Counted from the first letter of the stretch, positions 27,544-39,240 are shown. The stretch: DNA of 64,000 nt from Vampirovibrionales bacterium (GCA_039794365.1 JBDIVN010000007.1:44389-108388), one strand, 5' to 3'. Notes: generated from the letters alone by a model not told the origin. A program made the numbers and translations.

Positions 27544-28701
27544 TTGATGAGCACCGCCAAACGCGACTATTACGAAATCCTCGGCGTACAGCGCAACGCC
27601 ACCGCGGAGGAAATCAAGAAGGCTTTCCGCCGCAAGGCGAAGGAATATCACCCGGACGTGAACAAGAGTCCGGACGCCGAAGGACTGTTCAAGGAACTCG
27701 GCGAAGCCTTCGACGTGCTCAGCGACGACCAGAAACGACAGGTCTACGACACCTACGGCCATGATGGCCTGCGTTCCGGCGGCTACCAGACCAACTGGGA
27801 CTTCATGCAGGGCTTTCCGGATCTCAACGATCTGTTCGCCTCCTTCTTTGGCGGCGATTTCGGCTTTGCCGCCAGCCGGCGCCAAGGCCCCCACCAGGGG
27901 GACGACCTGCGTTTCGATATCGAACTCGACTTCATGGAAGCGGTTTTTGGCGCGAAGAAAGAGGTGGAAATCCAACGCCTGAACCGGTGTGCTCCTTGCA
28001 GCGGCACCGGCTCAACGCCGGGGTCAGGTGCCAGCATCTGCCAGACCTGTGGCGGCGGCGGCCAGATCCGTCAGACCACCCAGACCATCATCGGCCACTT
28101 CACCCAGATCACGGTCTGCCCGCGCTGCCAGGGGCAAGGACAGGTGATTACGGACCCTTGCAAGGACTGTCACGGCCAAGGCCGGCTCCAGGGCGCCAAA
28201 AAGCTCACCATCAACATTCCTGCCGGTGTGGACCGGGGCACCCGGCTCCGGGTGGCCGGCGAGGGCAACGCCGGGTATCTGGGAGGCCCCAACGGGGACC
28301 TCTACGTGGTGGTCAACGTCAAGCCCCATCCGGTATTTAACCGGGAAGCGTACAACCTGATGTCCGTCCAGAACGTCCCCTACTCCATGATGGTTCTGGG
28401 CGGCGAGGTGGAGGTGCCGGTTCTGGAAGGTACGTCCCGGATCAAAATCCCGGCAGGCACCCAGAACGGCCACGTTTTTACCCTGAAACAGCAGGGGGTT
28501 CCCCACCTGAACAATCCCAGCCGACGCGGCGATCATTTCATCCAGGTGCAGGTCAACATTCCCACCCGCCTCAGCGGCGAGGAAAAAAAGCTGCTGGAGC
28601 GTCTCAACGAGATCGATCGGGAAAAACAGCGCCAGGAAGACCGCCATGCGGCCTCGACGCTGTTCGACCGGTTCAAGGACGCCCTCTCCGGGAGTGCCTA
28701 A
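27544..28701 (+). CDS. dnaJ: molecular chaperone DnaJ
   Basis: J domain (DYYEILGV...HPD), G/F region and four CxxCxGxG zinc-finger repeats, with C-terminal domains. Confidence 0.95.
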   Translation: MMSTAKRDYYEILGVQRNATAEEIKKAFRRKAKEYHPDVNKSPDAEGLFKELGEAFDVLSDDQKRQVYDTYGHDGLRSGGYQTNWDFMQGFPDLNDLFASFFGGDFGFAASRRQGPHQGDDLRFDIELDFMEAVFGAKKEVEIQRLNRCAPCSGTGSTPGSGASICQTCGGGGQIRQTTQTIIGHFTQITVCPRCQGQGQVITDPCKDCHGQGRLQGAKKLTINIPAGVDRGTRLRVAGEGNAGYLGGPNGDLYVVVNVKPHPVFNREAYNLMSVQNVPYSMMVLGGEVEVPVLEGTSRIKIPAGTQNGHVFTLKQQGVPHLNNPSRRGDHFIQVQVNIPTRLSGEEKKLLERLNEIDREKQRQEDRHAASTLFDRFKDALSGSA

Positions 28702-28709
28702 GTTAGCTG

Positions 28710-29402
28710 ATGGGTAGGTTCAAATGCCGTTTTGCTGTAGGAAGCCCAACAGGCTTACGGTCAGGGGCGTTCACAGTTTGGACAAGCAGGAATGATATTT
28801 ATATTGCGGGCCGTAATATCGGCGGCTCTATGAAAACTAGTCTGCACGAGTCAGGCAAACGCCACAGTGGTTTAACTAGCACATTTTTTCAAGAGCCTGG
28901 AACTTTGGAAATGTGGGGCCTTGCCAATAGACATGCTGATGAATGGATAGGGGGTTATCAAATTAGCGAAACTACAACTTTGGAATTTGCCATAGCATTT
29001 CCAAAGTCTGATCTTCGGCTTTTCAGCGACCCAAAACTCAATCCAAACAAAATCAAATGGCTACCTGAACCTCCCCAAGGCTGTCATCTTGAAGTAGCTT
29101 TGTTGATAGAAACTGAGCCTTCAGATACAGAAGAGTGGCCTGGAAAAACTATAATGGGGACTCAATTCTTAGACAGCTATGTTTTGCCCGATGGGAGGAT
29201 CCTATGGCTCGTGTATCATTCGATCCCAGAATCGCCCACTCCCAAATCTATACACGAGGAACTTAAACTCGTCATTAAAAAATCTATGCAAGCAAACCCC
29301 AACATGCAATTTACGGGCGGACACAGACTAATTGTGGGCCAAATAAGCGATGACGGAGTCAGGTGCTACGTTGACCTTGCAGCGGATAGATATAATAACT
29401 AA
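28710..29402 (+). CDS. orphan hypothetical protein encoded in a low-GC insertion
   Basis: 230-aa ORF (possible start at MKTSLHESG, ~28830) in a ~0.7 kb segment markedly AT-richer than its flanks. No recognisable motif. Confidence 0.4.
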   Translation: MGRFKCRFAVGSPTGLRSGAFTVWTSRNDIYIAGRNIGGSMKTSLHESGKRHSGLTSTFFQEPGTLEMWGLANRHADEWIGGYQISETTTLEFAIAFPKSDLRLFSDPKLNPNKIKWLPEPPQGCHLEVALLIETEPSDTEEWPGKTIMGTQFLDSYVLPDGRILWLVYHSIPESPTPKSIHEELKLVIKKSMQANPNMQFTGGHRLIVGQISDDGVRCYVDLAADRYNN

Positions 29403-29419
29403 CCGCTTCGGGAAATTTT

Positions 29420-30190
29420 CTACTCGGCGGGCAGGTTGAAAGCGCCGCCGAAGTCGATGTTCACCGTATCGCCCGGCTCAATGGTGGCAGACTCACCCTT
29501 GCCCACGAGGGCCATCACGCTTTTCCCCGCCGTCACCGCGGTTCCCGCAAAAACTCCGCCCACCACGGCAGCCGGCACCGTGACGATCTTGCCCGCCCCC
29601 CCGGCAAGGTCCTCGCCCGCCTGGGAACCGGCATCCTTGAAACGGCCCAGGGTATTCACGCCACTCTCAAAACTCTTGTGGATCTTGTACCCGACACCGG
29701 GATCGTCGTAAAGGGCAAACTCCGCCTCGCGGGTTCCCGGCCTTCTCACCCGCCTGACGGCATCGTTTTTGGCGGAGAGGTCCAGATCCAGCGGCATGAG
29801 ATCGCCGGTGGGCAGCACCACGTGGTCAAAGGTCAGCAGGATGGTTCCGCCCCGGCTGAAGAGGCCGGGCTTTTTCACGGCATCCACCCGTCCCCGGACC
29901 AGGGTGCCCCGCGGCAGGATCACCCGCGAATCCCCGTCCAGGCCGGGGGCCTTGAAGTCCTGCTGGATAAATGCGGTAAAAGGCTCCCCTTCCGTGGAAA
30001 TACGCGAATCCAGCTCCGAGTTGAACCGGACCGTCAGCATGGTCCCCGCCGGCACCTTCTGGGACCGGGTGTCCAGTTTCAACGACGTGGTCGGCAGGGC
30101 ATCCTGGCCCCAACCCGGTGTAATCCCCGCCAGGAGACACACTGCCACCGATGCAATCATCAAACGCCGTCCAGGGTTCCACATGCGCAT
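29420..30190 (-). CDS. secreted hypothetical protein (signal peptide)
   Basis: N-terminus MRMWNPGRRLMIASVAVCLLAGITPGWG is signal-peptide-like. Mature protein is beta-rich and Gly/Val-rich with no known motif. Confidence 0.5.
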   Translation of the reverse strand: MRMWNPGRRLMIASVAVCLLAGITPGWGQDALPTTSLKLDTRSQKVPAGTMLTVRFNSELDSRISTEGEPFTAFIQQDFKAPGLDGDSRVILPRGTLVRGRVDAVKKPGLFSRGGTILLTFDHVVLPTGDLMPLDLDLSAKNDAVRRVRRPGTREAEFALYDDPGVGYKIHKSFESGVNTLGRFKDAGSQAGEDLAGGAGKIVTVPAAVVGGVFAGTAVTAGKSVMALVGKGESATIEPGDTVNIDFGGAFNLPAE

Positions 30191-30235
30191 TATCCTCTCA
30201 ACTCGTATCTCTCTTATTGTACAGGACAATTCCGC

Positions 30236-31963
30236 TCAGGTAATCTTGGACTCGTTGATGTCGCTGGACATGGCCGCTTCACGGTAGAACTCGCACATTT
30301 CGAGATACCGGCGGCGCATGATTTCAAGCACCTGGTCAAAACGCGGACGCTCCTGGGGGCTGGCAGCCAGCTTGGTGTACTCCCGCCATGTTTCAATTTC
30401 AAGCACCCGGCGGCGCAGTTCGTCCACGTCGGTCTGGGTGGGCGTATAGCGGTGGCTCTGATGAAATTCGGTAAGCCGGTCGACGCCGGTCAAATCCTGG
30501 GCAGCCTTGAGGATGCAGATAAAAATGGAACGCTGCCATGACAAGGCGCTTTCCCGCGAGGCCTTGGGAAGATCGTTGATATTGCTGTCGAGGGAGCCGA
30601 TATAGGACTTGAGCCGGTCCAGCAGGGTCTCCTTTTCGGGACGGACCTCCAACACCTTGTGAGGACTGAGCAGCAGGGGGTCCGAATTGACCAGGGAAAG
30701 GGCCGCCACCTGGGCATAGCGAGCCACTTCATCATGATGGCTGAAGAGGTGCAAACCGTTGACCCCCCATTCCACAGCCACTTCCTTGGTGAGGGCCTGC
30801 TTTTCCAGCAGGTAGTCGCTGACCTTGTCCACCGCGGCACGATCCGGATATTCACCCTCCACCATCCGGTGATAAAGCGCTTCCGGCGGTTCCTGAAGCC
30901 CCGTCTCCCGGCAGGCTTCCTCCCAGGCTGCCTTGCGGATGCCGAACATGCCGCTGTCCAGATGGGTTTTTGAAATGGCCTCAACCAGGCTGGGAGGGAA
31001 GGGCAGAGGAGCCACACCCTTGGACGGAGCAGCCAGGCGCTGCTGATGCCGGTCCCAAAGTTTTTCCCTGAGCTGCGTGCCGAGATCCTCGCCATACTGC
31101 TGGACGATCTGCAGGGCCACCTGGTCATAAATAAAGCGTTCCGAGACAAAACGCGAATCGTTATTGACCGAGAGGGCCTCCACAATCCCTGAAGCGAAGG
31201 TTCGCGGACCGAACCCGCTGCCCTGGACGTAGTTGGCTATGCGGGTGCGAAACTCCGGCTCGTTAAGAATATGCCACGCAATGGCGCTGCCCATGATGGG
31301 ATGGGTGGACAGGTTATCGATGGACAGGGTGGTCTCGAACTTGGGATCGTGCAGCCAGCCGACAAGAGCCGACTGCAGCACCTCAGGCCGGCAGGCGTTC
31401 TCATCCATGGCCTTGACCACGCACAGACGGCTGACCTGCGAGGAGTGGTGGACCACGTCCGGGTAGCCCATAGAATAGAGGGCCTTGACGGTGCGGGCGA
31501 CGAACTGCTCGTAGATACCCGCCTCATCTTCGGAAAAACCGAAGAATTTCCGGAAAAAGTTGACCGTGACCGTATGCTGGCCCTGCAGTTCCATGAGAAA
31601 CAACTTGGCCTCGTCCATGTAGGCGTCCGCCGGTCGGTTCTCGATGATGACCCGTGGCAGCTTCTTGGCCAGGGCAAAGTGGTTCATCACCCGCGCCTTG
31701 GCCAGGGCCAGGCTGCGGATGAGCTTTTGCACGTCACGATCACCTAATACCTTGTCTTCCAACTCTTCCGGCGTAAATCCGATCTCTGCCATCCGTCGGC
31801 AGAGTGCAAACAGCGCAATAAACTGCCGGACCATCTCGCGGTCCGCAAAAAAGCCGGGGGCATAGTAGTCGGTTAGCTGACTACCGCCTGCCAAGCCTCT
31901 TCGCAGATGCTCCAACGTCCTAAGCTTTGGCGTGTATAAACCATGGAATCTCGGATGAGCCAT
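30236..31963 (-). CDS. hypothetical protein (575 aa; possible degenerate HD-type fold)
   Basis: Long ORF with clean coding appearance. The HH....(30 aa)...WLHD spacing resembles HD-domain metal ligands, but the match is weak. Confidence 0.45.
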   Translation of the reverse strand: MAHPRFHGLYTPKLRTLEHLRRGLAGGSQLTDYYAPGFFADREMVRQFIALFALCRRMAEIGFTPEELEDKVLGDRDVQKLIRSLALAKARVMNHFALAKKLPRVIIENRPADAYMDEAKLFLMELQGQHTVTVNFFRKFFGFSEDEAGIYEQFVARTVKALYSMGYPDVVHHSSQVSRLCVVKAMDENACRPEVLQSALVGWLHDPKFETTLSIDNLSTHPIMGSAIAWHILNEPEFRTRIANYVQGSGFGPRTFASGIVEALSVNNDSRFVSERFIYDQVALQIVQQYGEDLGTQLREKLWDRHQQRLAAPSKGVAPLPFPPSLVEAISKTHLDSGMFGIRKAAWEEACRETGLQEPPEALYHRMVEGEYPDRAAVDKVSDYLLEKQALTKEVAVEWGVNGLHLFSHHDEVARYAQVAALSLVNSDPLLLSPHKVLEVRPEKETLLDRLKSYIGSLDSNINDLPKASRESALSWQRSIFICILKAAQDLTGVDRLTEFHQSHRYTPTQTDVDELRRRVLEIETWREYTKLAASPQERPRFDQVLEIMRRRYLEMCEFYREAAMSSDINESKIT

Positions 31964-32115
31964 TTAATTCTGTACCGAAAACGGCGGCTACTTTATTAAT
32001 TTACCACCAGATTCGCTTGGGGACGAGCCTGTTTCTGCGTATCTCCTTCGAATACGGGAGAAACCCGGCCTTCTGCAACTGAGAATCCTCAAAGGAAAAT
32101 CCGCCGGGGATTTGA

Positions 32116-33621
<1,506 letters not shown>

Positions 33622-33625
33622 CACC

Positions 33626-34027
33626 ATGCATCTGAGAATCCTGACCCCGGAAAGAATCGTTCTGGACGAGGAAAACGTGGACGGCGTCACCGCCCGCTCT
33701 ACCCACGGTGAGTTCGGGGTGCTGCCCCGGCACCTGCCCCTGGTCGCCCCGCTCGATATCGCCCTGCTGACCTATAAAATGGACGGCAAGCACTACACGG
33801 CGGCGGTGATGGGCGGCATGTTCAGCACCGACGGCCAGAAAATCACCGTGTTAAGCGACGCAGCGGAACTCAGCGACGAAATCGACACCACACGGGCCAA
33901 GCATGCCCGCGAACGTGCCGAAGCCCGCCTGCGCGAAAAGGTTGAAGACGTGGACACCGCCCGCGCCGAACTGGCCCTAACACGCGCCGTGGCCCGCTTG
34001 AAAGCCGCCGAACGCGAATCCATGTGA
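33626..34027 (+). CDS. atpC: F0F1 ATP synthase subunit epsilon
   Basis: 133 aa, starts 5 nt after atpD, with an epsilon-subunit beta-sandwich N-terminal pattern and a helical C-terminus. Confidence 0.9.
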   Translation: MHLRILTPERIVLDEENVDGVTARSTHGEFGVLPRHLPLVAPLDIALLTYKMDGKHYTAAVMGGMFSTDGQKITVLSDAAELSDEIDTTRAKHARERAEARLREKVEDVDTARAELALTRAVARLKAAERESM

Positions 34028-34033
34028 ATAGAG

Positions 34034-34477
34034 CTAACCGCTCAGATCAATCCGGCGCTGGTCACCTGCGGTGATCCCGCCCAGGATGAGTCCGTCGGCA
34101 CCCTGCTTTATGGGGGCGATATCCAGGGTATCCACCTGGTCACGGGAACCGACAAAACTGCGCTTGAGGTTTTCCAGCGTATTCTGGCGCATCTGCTGGG
34201 TCAGCGGGTCCGGGTTCGCCTCAGGGAACAGGGCCTCCACACCGGCACGAATCCCTCTCCAGTCGGCGGCGTCCTGAAACGTCAGGTAATAGAACCGGGT
34301 CTGTAGGGCTTTCTTTGCCGTCTCCCCAGGAGCATCCACCTCTTCGTCCGCCGAGAACCAGTCCGCTACCTGGTTAGGGTGCGCCTTGACCGCCTCCTCA
34401 CAGAATTTTTTCACATGATTCCCATCCAGGCCCACAACCCGGTAGGCTTTTCCGAAATGAATGGCTCCCACGTTCAT
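34034..34477 (-). CDS. hypothetical protein (147 aa)
   Basis: ORF with a strong RBS (AAAGGGGAG) upstream of the ATG. No recognisable motif. Confidence 0.5.
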   Translation of the reverse strand: MNVGAIHFGKAYRVVGLDGNHVKKFCEEAVKAHPNQVADWFSADEEVDAPGETAKKALQTRFYYLTFQDAADWRGIRAGVEALFPEANPDPLTQQMRQNTLENLKRSFVGSRDQVDTLDIAPIKQGADGLILGGITAGDQRRIDLSG

Positions 34478-34571
34478 GGAGAACTCCCCTTTCTACACTC
34501 ACTTAACACTCGCGTTTCCCGAAACAAAACAACGACCCGGCGGAAATTGCCCCGGCGGGTCACCAGTAAAG

Positions 34572-35840
34572 CTAGTAGCCGATTTTCTCGTTGACCAGCA
34601 CTTCGGCGGCGACTTTGGCCTCCGGGAAGAACTGTTCATGAATCACGCGGATGGCGTCTTCGGCCTGATCTTTGGCCACCAGGCAACTGATCTTGATTTC
34701 ACTGGTGGAGATCATCTTGATGTTGATACTCGCCGATGCCAGGGCGCGGAACATGTCCGCCGCGATGCCGGGACGGTCAATCATGCCCGCCCCCACGATG
34801 CTGACCTTCGCGATGTCCGTGTCGGATAGGACCTCGCGGGCGCCGATACGGGCCTTGACCTCTTCGAGAACACCCATCGCCGCATGGAGATCCGTCAGGC
34901 TCACGGTAAAGGCGATGTCGTTGGTGCGTTCGGCGTCTTCCGTGTACAGCGACTGGATGATCATATCCACGCTGATGTTCTGGGTGGCAAGACTGCCGAA
35001 GACTTCGGCGGCGATGCCGGGGCGGTCCGGGACGCCGGTGAGCGCCAGCCGGGCCTGATTCTTGTCACAGGCAATCCCTGCCACACTGCGATCCAATTCC
35101 ATGGTGTCCACTCCTAAAACCATTGTGCCTGGGTCATCCAGATCGAACGTACTTCTGACGCAAACCGTGACGTTGGCCTGCCGGGCGGTTTCCACGGCCC
35201 GCGGATGCAGTACCTTGGCCCCTACGCGGGCCAGCTCCAGCATCTCGATGTAGGCCATCCGGTCCTGCTTGACGGCTTCAGGCACGATGCGCGGATCGGT
35301 GGAAAACACGCCGCGCACGTCGGTGAAGATATCGCAGCGATCCGCCCCCAGGGCACCAGCCACCGCCACGGCAGAGGTATCCGACCCGCCCCGGCCCAGA
35401 GTCGTAATGCTGCCCTGGCTGTCAACCCCCTGGAAACCGGTAATGATGACAATTGCCCCGTCATCCAGGTATTTTTTGACAATATCCGTCTTGATCTCCA
35501 GCACACGGGCCCGATTGAAGAGGTCCTCGGTAATGATTCCGGCCTGGCCACCGTTGAGGCCGACGGCCTTATAGCCCATACTGTTCAGGGTCATGGCCAT
35601 CAGGGCCGTGGTCACCATCTCGCCGGTGGCGAGCAACGCGTCGTATTCGCGTCCGCACGGATTTTCACAAACCTGGTTCGCCAGCGCCACCAAACCGTCA
35701 GTCGTCTTGCCCATGGCCGACACCACCGCCACCACCTGGTTACCCTGATCGTAGGTATCACTGATGATGCGGGCCACGTTACGGATTTTCTCCACGTCGC
35801 CCACGGAGGTTCCGCCGAATTTCTGAACGACTAGCGCCAT
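34572..35840 (-). CDS. lysC: aspartate kinase (monofunctional, with C-terminal ACT domains)
   Basis: N-terminal VQKFGGTSVG kinase signature, two C-terminal ACT repeats. RBS GAAAGGCGG before MALVVQKFGG. Confidence 0.93.
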   Translation of the reverse strand: MALVVQKFGGTSVGDVEKIRNVARIISDTYDQGNQVVAVVSAMGKTTDGLVALANQVCENPCGREYDALLATGEMVTTALMAMTLNSMGYKAVGLNGGQAGIITEDLFNRARVLEIKTDIVKKYLDDGAIVIITGFQGVDSQGSITTLGRGGSDTSAVAVAGALGADRCDIFTDVRGVFSTDPRIVPEAVKQDRMAYIEMLELARVGAKVLHPRAVETARQANVTVCVRSTFDLDDPGTMVLGVDTMELDRSVAGIACDKNQARLALTGVPDRPGIAAEVFGSLATQNISVDMIIQSLYTEDAERTNDIAFTVSLTDLHAAMGVLEEVKARIGAREVLSDTDIAKVSIVGAGMIDRPGIAADMFRALASASINIKMISTSEIKISCLVAKDQAEDAIRVIHEQFFPEAKVAAEVLVNEKIGY

Positions 35841-36025
35841 GAGTCCGCCTTTCATATCTGGAAGAGAGGAGGCCAGAGATTACACCTTGCCGGCATCGGA
35901 GTAAAAACCGAAACTGCCGCCGGATTGCCCGTGTCGCGCCGGAATCTTGCGACAGTGCGGGATTAAGATAACAGGATTTGCCCCGCGAGGCAAGCCTCGC
36001 GTTGGAAGGTCCCATCCGCCCCTGG

Positions 36026-36553
36026 TCAGGCCCGCGCCGTCAAACGCGTAAAAGCCGGAGGCGGCGGCGCCGGTGCCGCGTTCCGTCCTGCCTCAGCCAG
36101 CGCCGTCGGCGGCACGCCGCTCAATCCACCACCGGACTTCGCCCCTCGGAACACCTGGGCAATGCCAAGGCCGCCTTCGCCCATGCCGCCCGTTTCGGGC
36201 AGGTGGTCTTCGCCCTCACCGCCCGGATCGGCATTGAGCATATCCAGCGTATCCTGAATGGCGGCCTGCAGGCTTTGCAGGCTGCTTCGCCTATCGGCGC
36301 CCCGATCGCTCATGATGCTCTGCAGGCTGGACTGGTAAGCCCCCTGCAAACCGGCGGGCAGCTGTGCGATGAGGGAATCCACCGCAGACACCTCAGACTG
36401 GGTATCTCCCGCGCCGTGGCCCCGACGACCGCCATGACCACCGAATTTCTGCTTCTGGTCGGGTCCCTGGGCGCTTTTCGTGCCCGAACCCGAAGGGGCC
36501 GCCCTGCGAACTGGCGATCCGGCATTGAATTCGGCCTGTGGGATATTTCCCAT
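36026..36553 (-). CDS. Gly/Ala/Ser-rich hypothetical protein
   Basis: 175-aa ORF with an AAAGG RBS about 8 nt upstream. Low complexity. An overlapping Arg-rich plus-strand ORF looks less protein-like. Coding status uncertain. Confidence 0.3.
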   Translation of the reverse strand: MGNIPQAEFNAGSPVRRAAPSGSGTKSAQGPDQKQKFGGHGGRRGHGAGDTQSEVSAVDSLIAQLPAGLQGAYQSSLQSIMSDRGADRRSSLQSLQAAIQDTLDMLNADPGGEGEDHLPETGGMGEGGLGIAQVFRGAKSGGGLSGVPPTALAEAGRNAAPAPPPPAFTRLTARA

Positions 36554-36716
36554 GAAATGACCTTTTTATTGCATTGCGCGACCCGAAAAACCACCGCAGA
36601 AAAATCTATATATATAAAAACAGTTTCATGGACTTTATTGCCGGTCTGTTTTCCTGGTTGTTGCATACAGAATCCGGAGGACTGAAACCGGGGAACGGAT
36701 CAGCTATACTACAAGT

Positions 36717-37133
36717 ATGGCAAAGTTTGCACACGACCGGGGTCGCTTTCTGCCGCCCGCCATCCAACGGGCGAAAAAACTGGCGTGGTTGCTGGACGAG
36801 GCCTTCACCGTCCCGGTGATCCGCAAGAGAATCGGCCTGGACCCCATTGTCAGCGCCATCCCCGGTGGCGGCGACGCGCTGATGCTGCTGTTTTCCTGCT
36901 ATATCCTCTGGGTGGCCTGGGATCTGAAGCTTCCCCATGACAAACTCGTTCGCATGGCGGTGAACATCGGCATCGACTACCTGGTGGGCCTGGTGCCGGT
37001 GGCCGGAGACCTGCTGGATTTCGCCTGGAAAGCCAACACCATGAACGTGGAAATGCTGGAAGCGTGGTATCTCGAAGGCGAACGCCGCCCCTACCAGCCT
37101 TCGGTGGTGGATATCAGCACCGCGGAAGCCTAG
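36717..37133 (+). CDS. DUF4112-like small membrane protein
   Basis: 138 aa with GLDPIVSAIPGGGD...GLVPVAGDLLDF duplicated motif and two hydrophobic helices, characteristic of the DUF4112 family. Confidence 0.5.
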   Translation: MAKFAHDRGRFLPPAIQRAKKLAWLLDEAFTVPVIRKRIGLDPIVSAIPGGGDALMLLFSCYILWVAWDLKLPHDKLVRMAVNIGIDYLVGLVPVAGDLLDFAWKANTMNVEMLEAWYLEGERRPYQPSVVDISTAEA

Positions 37134-38647
37134 AGAATCCCAATAGACGACTTCACCGCTTCGCCGATGGTGAAGAACTTGATCATGTTGGTGGCCCCCA
37201 GGATGTGGGTCTGGCCGGCGCAGAACAGCACATCGTCACCGATGGTGAGCAGCTTGTGCTTAAGAAGCTGCTCCTCGCCCCGGTTGAGGGTTTCTTCCGT
37301 CGTTTCGGCAAACGGGATTTTCAGCGGCAGCACGCCCCACAGCAGGCTCATGCGGTTGCAGACCGCATCAGTCTGGGTGAGGGCCACGATAGGCGGGGGC
37401 GGTTTGAGCTTGGAGATCCGCTGGGCCATGCTGCCGGAGTTGGACAGCACCACGATGGCCTTCACGTTCGCCTTGATGGACGCGTAACTGGCCGCATGGG
37501 CGATGGTGTGGTGGAAGTGGGGCGACTGGATGGAGCTGGCCTCGTGGGGACGGCTCTGCAGGCTCTGGTAATGCTTCTCGGACTCCTCGATGACCTGGCG
37601 CATCATGTTGACGACTTCCACCGGGTGCTGACCCACGGCGGTCTCGCCGGAGAGCATCAGGGCATCCGCCCCGTCGAAGACGGCATTGGCCACGTCACTG
37701 ACCTCGGCCCGCGAGGGATGCAGGGAGGTGATCATGGACTCCAACATTTGGGTGGCCACGATGATGGGCTTTTCCTGGTACGTGGCCTTTTCAATGAGCC
37801 GTTTCTGAATCACCGGCACCCGCTCGGCGGAAAGTTCCACGCCGAGGTCGCCGCGGGCGACCATGAGGGCGAAGGATTCCTCCAGAATCCGGTCAATATC
37901 GTCAAGGGCCTGAGGTTTCTCGATCTTGGCAATGATGGGCGGGACCTCGAAACGGTTTTCGGTGATAAACGTCTTGAGATCCTGGATGTCTTCGGCACAG
38001 CGCACGAAGGAGAGGGCCACAAAGTCCACCTGCTCGCGCAGGGCGAAGAGGACGTCTTCCTTGTCCTTGTCCGTAAGCGCCCGGAAGGTTAGCGGGGTGT
38101 CCGGCACGTTGATGCCCTTGCGCTCGTTCAGCTCGCCACCCTGAATCACCTCGCAAAGCACCGTGTCGCCAGACGGCTTTTCCGTCACCTTGAGCCGCAG
38201 CATCCCGTCGTTGATGAGCACCGACGAACCGGGGATCAGGGCCTCGATAAGTTCATGAGAGTCGGTGGTGATGGTGTTGGCCGTGCCGGGTTCTTCAGAG
38301 GCCTTGAGGGCCACGGTGGCCCCCTCTTCGAGGAGGACGGGAACATGGTCCACCAGTTCGCCCGTCCGCAATTTCGGGCCTTGCAGGTCCGCCATAATCC
38401 CGATGGCCCGATCAGACTCCCCGGCAATCGTACGCACCCGCCGGATATTGGCCTGGTGGGTCTCATGATCCCCGTGGGACATGTTGAGCCGGAACACGCT
38501 GACTCCGGCGGCGATCATGTCGCGGATGACGGCATCCGAGCAGGAGGCGGGTCCCAAGGTGGCAATGATTTTGGCCCGGTTGCGGACGATGGGATTAGTG
38601 GGCATTGCGCCCAGGTTCTGTCGCTTGGGTTCCTTCACGGTGGTCAA
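37130..38647 (-). CDS. pyk: pyruvate kinase
   Basis: KIIATLGP N-terminal motif, the MVARGDLG active-site region and a C-terminal allosteric domain. 505 aa (start may be the internal MPTNPIV, 38605). Confidence 0.93.
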   Translation of the reverse strand: MTTVKEPKRQNLGAMPTNPIVRNRAKIIATLGPASCSDAVIRDMIAAGVSVFRLNMSHGDHETHQANIRRVRTIAGESDRAIGIMADLQGPKLRTGELVDHVPVLLEEGATVALKASEEPGTANTITTDSHELIEALIPGSSVLINDGMLRLKVTEKPSGDTVLCEVIQGGELNERKGINVPDTPLTFRALTDKDKEDVLFALREQVDFVALSFVRCAEDIQDLKTFITENRFEVPPIIAKIEKPQALDDIDRILEESFALMVARGDLGVELSAERVPVIQKRLIEKATYQEKPIIVATQMLESMITSLHPSRAEVSDVANAVFDGADALMLSGETAVGQHPVEVVNMMRQVIEESEKHYQSLQSRPHEASSIQSPHFHHTIAHAASYASIKANVKAIVVLSNSGSMAQRISKLKPPPPIVALTQTDAVCNRMSLLWGVLPLKIPFAETTEETLNRGEEQLLKHKLLTIGDDVLFCAGQTHILGATNMIKFFTIGEAVKSSIGIL

Positions 38648-39182
38648 GGATCTCTACCTCGGAATCACTGAACGGGTAAGTCTCATCATACGGAATATAG
38701 CGGATTTCGTATTCGTCCAGGCTGGCATCTTCCGGCACCTGGTAAACCAGTTCCTTCTTGATGGTGAAGCCCGGATGGACGACCTCCTCCTTGTCAAAAA
38801 GACGGGTCATGGCCTCCTGGCCGAACTGAAGCTGGTAATGCAGGTTCACATTCTGCTCAACCTTCTGCTCAAAGGGCTGGGGGTTGGCCTCAGTGGGAAC
38901 TTTGCGAATGACGAATTCGTGGGGGCGGAACTTCTGATCCTCTTTGGATATGTTGTTGATGGCCACGGTGGCAATCAGGTACTGTCCGCCGTTGCTGACG
39001 TTCTTGTGCAGTTTCTTGTACTGGTCCAGCCTGACGAGGCGGATATTGGCGTTCGGCTGCTCCTCCTTGGACGATGACGAACCGCCTCCGGCGCAGGCCG
39101 TCAGAAAAACCAGGCCGCCCGCAAGCACGACCGCCAGAAACCCCTGCATAAAAGTAGAAATTGTTTTGTTCATCGCAGACAC
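38595..39182 (-). CDS. lipoprotein (LTAC lipobox), function unknown
   Basis: Signal peptide MSAMNKTISTFMQGFLAVVLAGGLVFLTAC with a lipobox Cys, then a Ser-rich linker and a beta-rich domain. Confidence 0.55.
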   Translation of the reverse strand: MSAMNKTISTFMQGFLAVVLAGGLVFLTACAGGGSSSSKEEQPNANIRLVRLDQYKKLHKNVSNGGQYLIATVAINNISKEDQKFRPHEFVIRKVPTEANPQPFEQKVEQNVNLHYQLQFGQEAMTRLFDKEEVVHPGFTIKKELVYQVPEDASLDEYEIRYIPYDETYPFSDSEVEILDHREGTQATEPGRNAH

Positions 39183-39240
39183 GCCCTTTTCTCCAATGCC
39201 ATATCATCTGTTGCCACAATCTGTGCCTCTCAATTATACG

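Noticed and set aside
35978-36685. 235-aa plus-strand Arg-rich ORF between lysC and the DUF4112 gene
   Set aside because: Poly-Arg/Cys-rich translation looks non-protein. The overlapping minus-strand ORF (36026-36553) has an RBS and more protein-like sequence, though it is itself low-confidence.
37064-38092. 342-aa plus-strand ORF overlapping pyk (also 38944-40452 over pyrD and 47236-48453 over yidC)
   Set aside because: Antisense to confident housekeeping genes. His/Gly/Arg-rich translations.
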